Part shown: piece by piece, positions 14,151-27,501 of the stretch
Numbering within the stretch: the first letter of the stretch is position 1
Layout: the number at the start of each line of letters is the position of its first letter
Assembly (NCBI GenBank): GCA_951406725.2
Contig: OX597821.1
Location: 16,306,001 to 16,370,000, forward strand
Direction of reading: 5' to 3'
DNA from: Octopus vulgaris
Lineage: Eukaryota
DNA length: 64,000 nt
Program-made: the position numbers and the translations under genes
The notes under the pieces: model-generated
Database searches by the model: none
What the model was told of the DNA's origin: nothing
Seen by the model: only the letters and a program-made list of their open reading frames with translations

Positions 14151-16587
14151 TATATATATATATATACAGACATATATGCGTGTATGCTAATAGGATATTA
14201 CGAATTACGTTTGGCAAAACAAAGTTACCTGATAGTTACATGTAAATCATGTTCTTCGAAAAGGGAAAAGAGATTAAACAATCATCACACATGGTCAAGT
14301 AGCCTATATTTAAGATGAAGGTTTAATCATGCTTTCCGTTTTGAATAACATGGTTTACAAGAATCCTTCCAGGAACCAAACCTGGCTGAACGCGATTCGT
14401 AATTTGAAATAGTGTATTAATACACCTTGAGAGCCAACTATCATTAAGTGAGAAAGATTCCAGCGAAACTTTTTTTTTATTTTCAGAATCAAATTCATAG
14501 TGCATTATGTCGCCCAAATTACATATATTTTCCGCTGAAATGTACGTATATATGGAAGTAGTAATTTAAATTCATTATTAGTTATAAAAGTTTCTTAATT
14601 ATTAGTAGCATATATATATATATATATATAACAGACAAAAAGTACATTTTTGTGGTTACAGAACATAGCAACAGCAAATAACGTTCACTTTAAATCTTTT
14701 TATTAATGCAATTGAAGCAGTTGATTGATATTTCTAAATAGAACACCATTTTACATTTATATTTGCTTATATTCTGTGATGTTAACTTCATCTCTGAAAT
14801 CAGATTTTGACTTCGTAAGTCATGACGTTATTTGATAACTTTGTCAAGTATATTAAATAAAGACTGTTAACTGAGTTTTTTTAGCAGATAATTCGGCAGC
14901 CTTAATCAAAAGGAAAGAAACGTTTACAGATAAAGAAAAAGAAGAAAAACTTCTAATACATTCTGTTTTATTTCTTCTTTCACAAAATATTCACTTCTGT
15001 TCGTGGGTAAGTAAACAAAATCAAACAGAATGTCACATTCTTTCTGTAGGGCGCAAATCCACACAGTCTGAACTGCAGGTTGGAATTCTTTTATTTTGTT
15101 ACATATATTATATATTATTTTTGGCCATTCAGATTTCAACTTCATTGAACTACCTGAATTCTAATGTGCAAATAAATTCATTCATGTATTTTATCCCGGG
15201 GTATCGTTTGATTTATTTTTCTTCGTTATTCATTGCTTAGAAAATTGCATTACTCATGCTTAATTCTATAGCTAGCAAAATGTGCACTAACCTAAACAGC
15301 TTCACTGAAACTATTCTATATTCAAATTATTCGCCACCTTAAAATTCGTTAGGTAAACTTACTGTCAACGTGCTTTTCTCTTTCAATCTATCCTCAACCG
15401 TCAAATTTGTTCAATGGCCACATAGACGGCATGACATCATACGCGGTGTGGCTATGGTAAACGCTAAGGCATACGACAGCAGCCTTTATTAGCAGAACGA
15501 CCATGCATGCTTTTGTTGAGCAAAATTTACTGTAATGAGATATACATGAGTTAACACTACAGAAATTAATTCAACATTGTTTCCTATTGACAATCTATAT
15601 GTTGCTGTTTTGTCAAGTTATATTACAAAGCGACTGATAAAGATAAATAACTGGAATGTAATGGGAAATGAGATGGAAATATAGACGGGGGAAGTGAATG
15701 AGATGTATCTTCATTGAAAATGAAAGAGAATAAGCTGGATTGACAGTTACAAATGGTTAAATTAGACTATCCATCAACCTAATTACGAGCAAAGTTTCAG
15801 GTAATAACCTAAGGACTTACATTTTCAAGCATTTTTAGAATATCGATTTTAAAACTTGCACAGAAGTGAGTCAAAAAGTAAAAACGTGGAATAGCAAGCG
15901 TAGCAAATAAAGGAGAAGAAAAGGAGAATGAAATCCTATAAAAAAATGGGTGACAAGTTATATTAATAAAAATCCAATATAAAAAGTAGGGAAAACGGAC
16001 AATGGAAATAAGACAGTAAGGCTGCATGTACGTACTGTGTTTACTGCATAAACACTACACACATACTGCCACACACACAAACATGCAGAACATGTATTTA
16101 CACACAAGCATACACACAAACACACATACACACATACAATATAATTAAGATTCAGTTGAATTGGGTACTGAAATTGAGGCACCTTGCCAGTTTGCATTGC
16201 TGCAAGTTAGGTAAACAGAATGTAAATAAGTAACAGGGATTACAGGTGTCAATACATTACGGCCGTTTCAAGCAGTTCCATTTTATTGATCAATGAAAAC
16301 ATTACATCAACTTGAAAGTATCCTGTCTCTTCAGTTGCAGATGGCCATACAGATGTCAAACAAAGGATACTCCATTTTAAAGAAATTTACATCACTAAAA
16401 GTAGGCAAAATAATTCATTTATTTACTTATGTTATATCTATGGCAGAATGAGTTTAGAAAATAATGCATATATTATAGCAGGCTTAATAACATATTCATT
16501 ATTTTCTAAACTCATTTCATTGAACTATTGAGCCGCTCGAAACGTTCGTAATGTATTGAAACCTGTACATCCTTGTTACTTATTTGC

Positions 16588-16649
<62 letters not shown>

Positions 16650-16689
16650 ATGATAAATATCAAAGTGAGTTATATACAGTAGCGGTAAC

Positions 16690-16821
16690 ACATCGTGACG
16701 TATATATTTGCCAGAAAGTGTGTCTATGGCCACCTGGAGGAGTGTGTCCTCCTGGGGCTAAAAACTACTGTAGCATCCACCCTTAGGGTAGCCATATTGA
16801 AATGGCAAATATACCTCACGA

Positions 16822-16824
<3 letters not shown>
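16690..16824. repeat. Structured short repeat next to (TA)n; partly homologous to the insert in Helitron copy 2
   Basis: Hairpins ggagga-gtgtg-tcctcc and gccat-attgaa-atggc; similarity to 21058-21128. Confidence 0.55.
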
Positions 16825-16917
<93 letters not shown>

Positions 16918-16928
16918 ATTATGTGCGA

Positions 16929-16978
<50 letters not shown>

Positions 16979-17655
16979 TCAAGAGGGAATTCAACATCAT
17001 ATACATATGTATGTATGTATGTATGTATACCTAATCTCTTCAAATGTATATATTCCCCGAGCTGTATTCGATTGTCCTGCTTATTCCTAATTTAGAACAA
17101 AGGAAATGATAGCGCAAATTTTGAACGTCTGCCGGAAGACTTTAACACACTCTTTGCCGATTGTAGCAAATATCATGAGATACTTGCGCAGTTTACCACT
17201 GCCGATCTACTCCAAAATTTAATTACAAAGTCGCATGGTTATTATTCTTGGACGAAGATAGTTTTCTTTACATCGTTGGATGGGGTTCTATTTATGTTTG
17301 TGGAAGAGTTTGTAGATTTCATAAAAATGCGAATGAGGGTAAAATATTAATCAGTGATCAGCTGTTATATTACTGTCACATTATTATAAGATACAATTTT
17401 TTGAAGAAATGCATTGCAACGAAGAAGTCAATCAGGACCACTGAAGTATCATCTTATATTTTCAGTTACTATAATATACTCAATAAAATTATTATAACTC
17501 TATAACTAGTAACTCTAATATGAAGGAAATGTGTGATGTTTTGTATTCATATAAATTTTTTTACATATATACATACAAATATATATATATATATATATGG
17601 GTGTGGGTGCGTGTGTATATACTTATGTATATACGGGTATATACATATGTGTATA

Positions 17656-17707
<52 letters not shown>

Positions 17708-17771
17708 TATATATATACATATATATATATACATATATATATATGCATATATAAATATATATATATATATA

Positions 17772-18258
<487 letters not shown>

Positions 18259-18262
18259 TATG

Positions 18263-18305
<43 letters not shown>

Positions 18306-20128
18306 GTATAAGTATATAGGGAGAGAGGCGGAGAATTATAGAGAGATATAAGCAACTTCAAAATTCACAATTTTGACAATACTTATCATATGGTCAACGT
18401 ACTTCAGCTTCACGCAATAGATCTTTCTTTATGAAAGTACGAGAATTAAACGTCTCGTACTTTACATCTGAGCGTGGAAAGAAATGTTCCTCGGTATTTT
18501 TTCACAATTCATTCACTCAGTATTTCCTTATTTGTATATTTTATGGACTATGTTTTTGCTGAGGCACCACTTCGAAACGATCGTATTTTCCTTGCTATAT
18601 ATCTCTGCCTGTTACCGATTTTAACGGTTATTGTGAAACTGCTGACTTGCCCCAATATAAAAGGCGATTTTTGAAAATAATCACAGATACACACACAAAA
18701 ACACAGCAAAAATATCATGCCTTTGTGTGTGTTAGTCCCTGTATTACTGAGTGTGTGTGTGAGAGTATCAATAAATCTGCACAAATTCTCTTGCAACTCA
18801 TACTCTTATTAATGAAGTCGAAGTTTAAAGCAGAAACACTTGACCCGGCGTACTGAGACTGAAACAGATACTACGATGTTTCAAAGTGAGTCTCAACCCA
18901 TATGCTCTTTTACTTGCATATATTTTCTTTAGTTTGGCGGTCTTTTATCGTTTTGTATATTTTGGTGAGTTACAATAGAATCTAATGTGAAATAAATCGG
19001 GTTTTTTTCTTGTTCATGCATTTCAAACGCAATAGATTTGTCTGTTGACGCAAATCATTCGGTTTGGTAAAAACAAACGTTTTAATTTGATTTAGTTTCT
19101 TTGGAGGTCTCTTCTGATTTATATGTTGGTTGTTGAATGCTCAAAGAGAATTGAATATTTAATGAAACTGAGCAATTCTTTGGAGTTTTTTTTTAATCTT
19201 TTCACTAAATCTTGCTAATCATTAAGCATTTATTTACAATTAAGCGAGAGCGTGCAGTATTGCATTTCATGCGATACGCTTTTTGCATGAGCAATACACT
19301 ATTGGTATAGAATAACTGGAAGCGATGATTTATATTAGAGAGGACATGTGAACGTAATTGTCGAAGTAAAAAGAAAATAACAGCAAGTGGTTATCTTAAT
19401 CAGCTCACAGATTGTTAAGGATTCATAGCAGCTAAAGAGCAAACTAGCATATAAAATGATCCATTAATTTCTACATGACTTAGGAATCCATGAAATAAAT
19501 CTATCAACTGGTGATAGTGACAATAATGAGACTCATGAAGAGATGTCAGATTCTGATATTTGCATAAAGAAGCTTTAACAAAAAGTGATGGATACTAGAA
19601 GCGATTTAGGAAACGAAGAAACTGTTTAAGAAAAACAGGGAAAACAGATAAGTGACATATAATGAAGTTATGCAATGAGTACAAAGTTTGCAACGGATAT
19701 CGTGAACATGTGATTTGCAGATATAGTCATACAGTTACGAAACAAAATACTGTTCGAGGGATGAACTGTAATGCATTTACGTAGAAGAAGAAGCGGATGG
19801 TTAATTAATAAAAAATGTTCGGGACATTGAGATGGCTATGAAAATAAAGATGCCTAATGTACTGAGGTAATTACAGATATTGTTTAGATTGTTTATTTTT
19901 TAATGGTTTTAACGGGATACATAACCTTGTGAATTTGCTTCCCTGAAATACAAAATCTATATTCATCTCATGCTTGATATACCACGTTTAGGATTATTGA
20001 CACGGTACATGGATGGATGGTTTTTTTTATGGACTTTATGGGGGAATAGTTAATTGGCATGTCAGATTATGTCATGCGTAAAGCTAAATGAGGATCGATG
20101 GTTAGATTATAATCAACTTTAATTACTA

Positions 20129-20565
20129 CTAGCAGTGTCGCCCGGTGTTGCTCGGGTTTGTAAGGGAAATAACTATATAAGCATTTTTAGAGAGTTATAG
20201 CCAAGAAATAGCAAAAAATGCATTAAAAATGGAAAAAAAATTATGGTAATTTTTTTTTAAATCGTTGACTCATCGTAGACATTTTTAGAGAGTTACTTCC
20301 CTTATGTAATAGCAAAAAAAATGCATTAAAATGGAAAAAAATGGTGGTAATTTTTTTTTAAATCGTTGACACATCGGAAAAAAATGATGGTAATTTATTT
20401 TTAAATTGTAGACTCATCGTAGACGCGCGCTAATACCCAGAAGGGCTCGATATGTATCACGACTATAAGATACCCGGTTTTGGTTAAACTGCACCGCAAA
20501 ATGTGGGAGTAGTTAGGAATCTAAATCGTAGGAGACAGACACAACTTGACTTTTATATATAAAGA
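20129..20565 (-). mobile_element. Non-autonomous Helitron, copy 1
   Basis: On the minus strand it reads A|TC...CTAG|T, with subterminal hairpin cccgagcaacaccggg just before CTAG, internal tandem subrepeats and no TSD. Confidence 0.85.
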
Positions 20566-20794
20566 TATGCAGTTACCTTCTTAAAAAAAGGACAACGTAG
20601 ATAAAGATGAATACAACAGAAGATTTAGAAGAGAGAGTTGATGAAACAAATCTAGACACAAGACAACAGCACGCGTCACAATTTGCCATGGTAAAGAAAC
20701 CCCTAACAGTATATTACATCTAGCACTGAATGTTTCGGTTATATATGAGTTTCAAATGCTTCCACTATAACAATAACACCAAATTTAAGAGACA

Positions 20795-21190
20795 TCTTTA
20801 TATATAAAAGAGAGGTTGTGTGCTGTCTGTCTCCTACGATTTAGATTCCTAACTACTCCCACATTTTGCGGTGCAGAGTAACCAAAACCGGGTATCTTAT
20901 AGTCGTGATTCATATCGAGCCCTTCTGGGTATTAGCGCGCGCCTACGATGAGTCTACGATTTTAAAAAAAATTACCATAAATTTTTACCATTTTTAATGC
21001 ATTTTTGGCATATATAAGGGAGGTAACTCTCTAAAAATTTATTATTAAATCTCAGTACGTAAAAAGCTACAGTAACACCCCCCCCTTTGTGGTTAGCCAT
21101 ATTGAGATGGCTATTATACTTTACATCTCTAAAAATGCTTATATAGTTATTTCCCTTACAAACTCGAGCAACGCCGGGTGATACTGCTAG
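20795..21190 (+). mobile_element. Non-autonomous Helitron, copy 2
   Basis: a|tctttatatataaaag ... ctcgagcaacgccgggtgatactgctag|t; the reverse complement of copy 1 over most of its length. Confidence 0.85.
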
Positions 21191-22489
21191 TAATAAATAA
21201 AAGAGGACTATAGATAGACACACTTAGACATCTCAAAGGGACAAGACATCGGTTATATGCATAAATTTACTCTTTGACAGATCTTATCTATTTGTCCGCA
21301 ACCACCTACAGCAGTCCGCAAAAATTTTTTTAAAAAACCCAGAAAACAAATACAGCGAAATAGCAAGCGACCTTCTGCGCAGTCGATTAGTCAGATAGAA
21401 TAACCAATCAAATTTTACTTAAACCATACGCTATTGTTTCATAAAGAAATTACATATTAGATAATATAGATCCTCGATTACAGTTGACTTAGAGCTGAGG
21501 GACAATAAAGCAGCAAAGATCGTAAGGCTGTATTTATGGGCAGCATTTATGGGCCAATTTGTACTATTCCCATAAAAGGAAACACTAAAACATTTATAAA
21601 ATAAAACTACCATACTCGAAATGAAAGACAAAACTAGGTGTGTGAACGGCCGTGTTTCTTCTTGCACCGAGTTCATCTATTAGCGCCAATGGCACAATAT
21701 TGACAATTACCGCGCAGATACATATGCAGCAATATAGAAAACACTAAGCTTCATTCACCCACACTCTTCTACTAGAACACAAGTGAAGAACTAACGCTCC
21801 TCAGGAGTTCATTCCTTCAAATTGTAAAATATCAATATGTAATTGTATTTCAAATAACCTTATAAAATGACGGACATTGTAAGTAGATGTATTGTACAGT
21901 TGATAAAATAAATGAGTAACAATTGCCCAAGATAAGTGTAATAAATGAGGAAATGAATGAAAGGAATAATGTTGCATATTACACTGTATTCCTTATGATA
22001 AGCTGCAAATACTGGAGCATTAAATGAATAGTAAAGTGCTTTAGTTCGCTGTATAATATTCAATGTATACAAAAAAACGCCATATATGGAAACCAATTTC
22101 AGTATATAACTTATACTCGGTCAACTGGCTAACAACAAGAGATGGGTTTTGTTAGCGAAACCTGACCTGGTGCACAAAGCAACAACAAACCATGCTATTT
22201 CAACTACAATAAATGAAATAAGATATAATGTAAGAGAAATGACTGTTTCTGAGAGAAAAATCATGATAAATGTATAGATATATAAATTAACTCAGATTTT
22301 AGTCGTACTAATATGATATGATATATATATATATAAATTAACTCAGATTTTAGTCGTACTAATATGATATGATATATATATATGCACTAAATGGCAGTTG
22401 CTATATATATATATATATATTTATATATATGCACCAAATGGCAGTTGCTAAAAAGCATTCGTGAAGTAAAATCATGTAGCAACACCAAA

Positions 22490-22555
22490 TGGCGGTGCCC
22501 CAGCATGGCCACAGCTCGTGAGCTGAAACTAGATGAAATAAAATAAAAATAAAAT
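22490..22555 (+). mobile_element. 3' tail fragment related to SINE family A (variant SINE or partner LINE end)
   Basis: ggcggtgccccagcatggccacagctcgtgagctgaaactag followed by an A-rich aaaat tail. Confidence 0.7.
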
Positions 22556-23638
22556 ATATACGATAACTCCTACTTTAGTATACAGCGAAATGAATTAGTG
22601 CCCAGTTAAATATGTTATCTTCGAACCTAGCACATATATTGCTACATTAAAATAAAAGAGTTTTCTCGTTCGAAATATCGGTCTAATATTTTCTTTTACG
22701 ATGAAATTTCTTATGGGTTACATCTAAAATCTAGCTGTCTGTCAGAATACCACGTGTATTTCCTCTTTCAAATTTTGATGAATATGTATTGTATGTACAT
22801 TGACACTCTCCCAGACACTTGGTGGAATCACATGCTGAGCTGTAGTAAGCCATATCTAAATTGATACTATGCCAATCATATCTGGTTAAACGCTGTCGGT
22901 ATTCTAGCAGGACGATAGTGGACGATGGCAGATGTTATTAATAAATCATATATTATTCGTTATTCCTTTTCAAGTCCACTAGAAGACGACTACAGAATTC
23001 CAGTTGCTCGAAAGCAATAAAGAATTGAATCCGAAGCAGGACATGTCATTTCCATTGCTTGATATCATAAATTTCACAAAGTTTCAAAGATTTGCTATTT
23101 ATTTCGTCCCATTTTCGATGTGATGGAAGAGAACAGCATGAACATAAAGAATAGTCAAAATACCCAAAACTCTCAATTTTGTGATTATTAGTAAAATAAA
23201 AGAAATAATTCTGTTAACATATATATATGAATGCGTGTTTGTGTGTTTTCAAGCGTCTTTTTGTTTCAGTTATTTGTAGCGTTTTTTAAGCAAAAGCTAG
23301 ATGTATAATTTTTATTTTTCCTATTGTAAATAAAAAACGTATTTGGATTTTATATTCCCATTTCAGGAATATAACATCCAAATGTTTAAGAGAGTCTGAA
23401 AACAAATATTGCTTCATCCCTGCCTATTGACACCGTTAAATTTTAGTCCATGCATCTTAACTATTGACTTTTAAATGTTATTTCATCAACTAACATGAAA
23501 CAAATATTTTGCTAGTTAACAGTCCTCAGTACAATTTAGAATCATGGTCGCATCGCTATATCTTTCGAATTTTATACCCAGCGAAATAATGTGATTGTAA
23601 TAAAGGTTTAAATGTGTATTATTTATTACATAGTACAT

Positions 23639-23675
<37 letters not shown>

Positions 23676-25461
23676 GATAGATATATTTAAACGCCTAATA
23701 TATTCAACGAGACTTTCGAAGAGGATTCGAAAATATAACCATTAGATTTCCCAAATACATCAGTATATGTTTACTGAGTAATAATCATATTGCAATAAAA
23801 ATGTTAACCTTAAGACGATGCCTACTCTGTTTTATCAATAATTGCTGATCAGTTTGGGACTATTAAATTTGCCAATGGAGCAACAATTGAGTTTTATTAA
23901 CATTCTATGTTTAATTAGTTCATTCGATATACGTATAAGAGTTTCTTTTCCTGTGGAGTCACTATGGTTCTGAACACAACACTTATTTATCTGTAAAAAT
24001 ATTCCTCCCAAGAGGAGTATCACCATGGGAAATACATTTATTTATTGGTCAAATCGAATCCAATACTAATCGGAAATTAAACTTTACCACAGCAGATTCA
24101 AGTACAGGACGTAGATTAAACTACTATTGCGTGACAGGTTCCTGAGTTTATTTGAAATGAATAAAATCAGTTACGCTTTTATAATAAAAAAGTTAGCGGA
24201 TATTACTTGCATATAACAATGATTGGTATTGTCTTGTACATTCAGGGTTCACATTTAAATAGTTGTAATACTTAAATATATAAATCTACTACAAAATGTA
24301 ATCTAACGCCTTTGTGAACCAATGTGATGTGTTCATATAAAGTTACAATCGTAGATTATCATGTGTCATTTGAATTACTAAATGCTTTAGCAAGCTAGAT
24401 TATTGCTTACTGGGGATCACTATAAACTGCCAGGAAAATATATGGCATCTCCTGTGTCTAACGTCTAATTTCGCCATTTTATTGCTATAAATATCTCACA
24501 TTATTATTCCCATTTCAATTCTCATATGTGTCTCTAGCTTTCTACGTGGAAAAATAGTTCTATTAATGATTCCCGATGAAGTATATCATGTAACGTAAAG
24601 TGATTCTGTTCCTTTTCTATTTGTCGGTCTTAAAGTTTCAAAAATATCACTCTTTATTTTAACTGACAACTAATAAAGATAACAGCTTTATATATATATG
24701 TCTGTGTGTGTATGTAAAATATATACACACATACGCAAATTTACCGGTGAAGAATGTTCACAGTATTCGTTGAGGTAAAGACATGTCAATGAGTATTGGA
24801 GAGAGCACTCTTATTTTCGTAACAGAAGTGTAGAGTATGTAACCTACTTTCTCTCGATGTTCACAATTGCCCACATTTCTACTTGAAGGTAATTTTAACA
24901 ACTTAGTTTTATTTTTTAGGTTTCATACAAGTATATACAGGAAACTTTTACGAGTGAATTTTATCACTCATTATAAAGGTATATTTATCATATTTTTATC
25001 CTGAAGGATTATAACTTCAGAAATGACAATAATAATATCAAATTTCAAACAAGCCGTAGATAAATGTTCAAACAACACGAACAGATTGTAGCGGAACATA
25101 TCCCTCGGCTATTTACTGCGACACTCTGCATTGCTATTTGCTATTATTCAAGAGATTACGTTCAAAAGCATCTTTAACATATTGATAAGTAACAGTAGAT
25201 AATTCCTGAAAACCGAACACTTTATGGATTAATATCTATGAATATCTGACATCACATTGAGAAGACCATCAATTTCTGAATAGGATATCCATTATATCTA
25301 CAGTATGAATAAATATTTTGGCTATATCGTTGGCGTTTGTTATCACTTGAGAAGCAAATATTTTAAATAGTCGTTTCAAATACAAATACACTCACTCCAA
25401 TACTAGATGCCTCTTTAAATACACGTGTATGTATGTATGTGTGTATGTATGTAGCCACTCC

Positions 25462-25502
25462 ATAGGCGCAGGAGTGGCTGTGTGGTAAGTAGTTTCTTAC
25501 CA
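25462..25502 (+). mobile_element. SINE family A 5' head (left part of a split copy)
   Basis: ataggcgcaggagtggctgtgtggtaagtag matches family-A heads; the SINE resumes at 27502. Confidence 0.9.
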
Positions 25503-27501
25503 GACAGACGTGCTGTTTTTTGCTCCGGCAAATGTCACGTGTTAACGTGAAATATTGAACTTTTGACTCGACTACAGGTAGGCATTTTGTATTTTTGGGA
25601 GTTTAGTGAATTTTTGTTGCTTGCATTTAATGTTTTTTAGCATTTAATATTTTTTAGCAGATAATAAAACTCCACTTTGCTCCAGATATAATTTTTCTGC
25701 CTGTTGTCGAGTGTAAAGACTCACTTTGCAGTGAGAATTGTATTTTTAAAGCGGCGTAGTCCGTCTGCAAAAATTGTTTTTGAAATTGTCTTTGTGTTAT
25801 CCACGGGAATTACCAAGGAGTACCAAGGAGTATTTTACCAAGGTGTTTTACCAGCTGTACATTTGGCCTAGAATACAATTTTTTGGCCGAAAAAAGTGAA
25901 AAGAAAAAAAAAAATAACTTTTAGTTGAACTATGTTGCCATTATTTGAAATGTCTTCCTTCGTCCTTTTCTCTGTTCTGTCTTTCTGTTCTGTCATTGTG
26001 TTTTTTTTCTTATTGGATTTTGAACTTTTAGTTGAACATTTTTCAAAATCATGGCAACAAAAGAAACCACTGCTTTGGAATGGGAGGTTGTCCCACCCAA
26101 GCAGTGGATTGAAAGTCTTGAGAAGAGGACGGTGGTCCTACGAACCTATTCTAGGTCGCGTGGAGCTATCGCCCTCTTCGACAGGAGCACCATAGAGAAA
26201 GCGTTGGGGGACCATCTACCAACGATAAAGTTTATTTCTCGGGGGAATAAATTTGCAACGGTGTTGTTGCTGTTTAATACCCCTGAGGAAGCTAGCAGAT
26301 TTGCTAGCGAGCCACTGGAGGGAGAGGAAATTTTGTTCCCCCCCTCGTATTGTGGCAGAAAAATAAAAAGAGCCTGGGATTGTGGGCTGCCCCCAGGCAC
26401 GGATGCGGAATGGATCGAGAAGACCATCCAGCGAGGCCTGGGGGATAGCGGACCCAGGCTACTGAGTGTGAAAATGGCTCCCGCGGTCGCCTGGGAGGGG
26501 TCAAAGGCAACTTTGACCCTGTGGACCCCGGTGGCCGTGGGAGAAATGAAATTCCCGGACTTCCTGAGAATGGCTGGGCACAGGTACCCGGTGATACTCG
26601 AGGGTCGCCCCCCCCAAGTGTCACCTGTGCCTGAAGCCCGGACATATCAAGAAGAATTGTCCCGGGGGCCGTGGTGGTGCCCCGGAGCATGAAGGGGAAA
26701 AGGCGCCCGCCGCCCCCTCATTGGAGGGGGAGACGGTGGAATTCGTGGAGGAGGTTGCCTCCACGAAAAGAGACAGGCGAGCAACAATGGTTGCTCGCCA
26801 AAGAACGCTCAGGTGGCGGAGGGGGATAGCGATCCCCCGTGTCTGGTGACGGAGTCCCCTGGGTCAGCAGCCTCCCCCAAAAGAAGGAGGAGAAAAAGAA
26901 AGAGAGGTCGGGCGGCTGATACCCATGAGCCGCAGACGTTGGCGGGAACTGTGCCGCCAACGAAAGAACTGGTATTGGTCCTCTTCTATAGAGGAGGAGA
27001 AATTGAAAAAAAAAAGATGGAAGAGTACCACAAGGGAGCTCCTTTAGCCTTCACACAGGACCCCGAATGGCCTCCGCAGATAGCTGTGGAGGCCGTGGCG
27101 TTCGACGTGACGCTTGGGCTAAAGGAGCTCAATGAAGATTATAGCTTGGTCCCGGGCGACGCGAACTCGGAACTTGACTACGTTCTGAGGGAGGCGTGTA
27201 TGATGGTGGAGGGCGCGGGCACAAGCTATTTCGAGGACGATATGTAATTATTGAACTGTTAGTATTAATAATGGACTGCTAAGTCCAAAAATTGAAAAAT
27301 TGAAAGAGGTTTAATACCTCGTTTTGTGTTTATCCTTTTAAAAAGAACAATGTTTTAGAGAAGCGAAAGTCGGCGGGCGCTTTTGTCTTCTCCCATCCTT
27401 ATCATCTTTCTTTCATTATCATTCACTTCATTAATGTCCTCGTCCAGCCCGCAAAGTTAACTTAATCTGTGTACTGCCTTTATGGCAAATGTTTTGAAAT
27501 A
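25503..27501 (+). mobile_element. ORF1-only non-LTR retroelement (HAL1-like, L1/Tx1 type) nested in a SINE head
   Basis: Flanked by aagtagtttcttacca / aagtagcttgctacca. About 550 bp 5'UTR starting near agacgtg, one GC-rich ORF1-like frame, about 250 bp 3'UTR ending in AATAAA at 27498-27503. No RT or EN motifs. Confidence 0.75.
26051..27247 (+). pseudogene. Gag-like ORF1 nucleic-acid-binding protein (~398 aa reconstructed; RRM-like region, CCHC knuckle, basic tract)
   Basis: N-terminal part has VLLLFNTPEEASRF..GLPPGTDAEWIEKTI. A shift at the C8 run 26608-26615 gives KCHLCLKPGHIKKNCP (CX2CX4HX4C). A return shift near 26765 joins the frame with PKRRRRKRKRGR, ending at TAA 27245-27247. Confidence 0.8.

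Noticed and set aside
19300-20100. Possible decayed retroelement coding sequence (also 21200-22250, 22700-23200 and 54550-55200)
   Set aside because: Only isolated motif-like words with no colinear series that could be verified by eye.
20129-21190. Single large-TIR (Mutator/foldback) transposon
   Set aside because: Each arm has its own Helitron TC/CTAG ends and hairpin, the arms differ internally, and there is no TSD.
26146-26960. Antisense ORFs over the ORF1 element
   Set aside because: Shadow ORFs of GC-rich coding sequence with no motifs.
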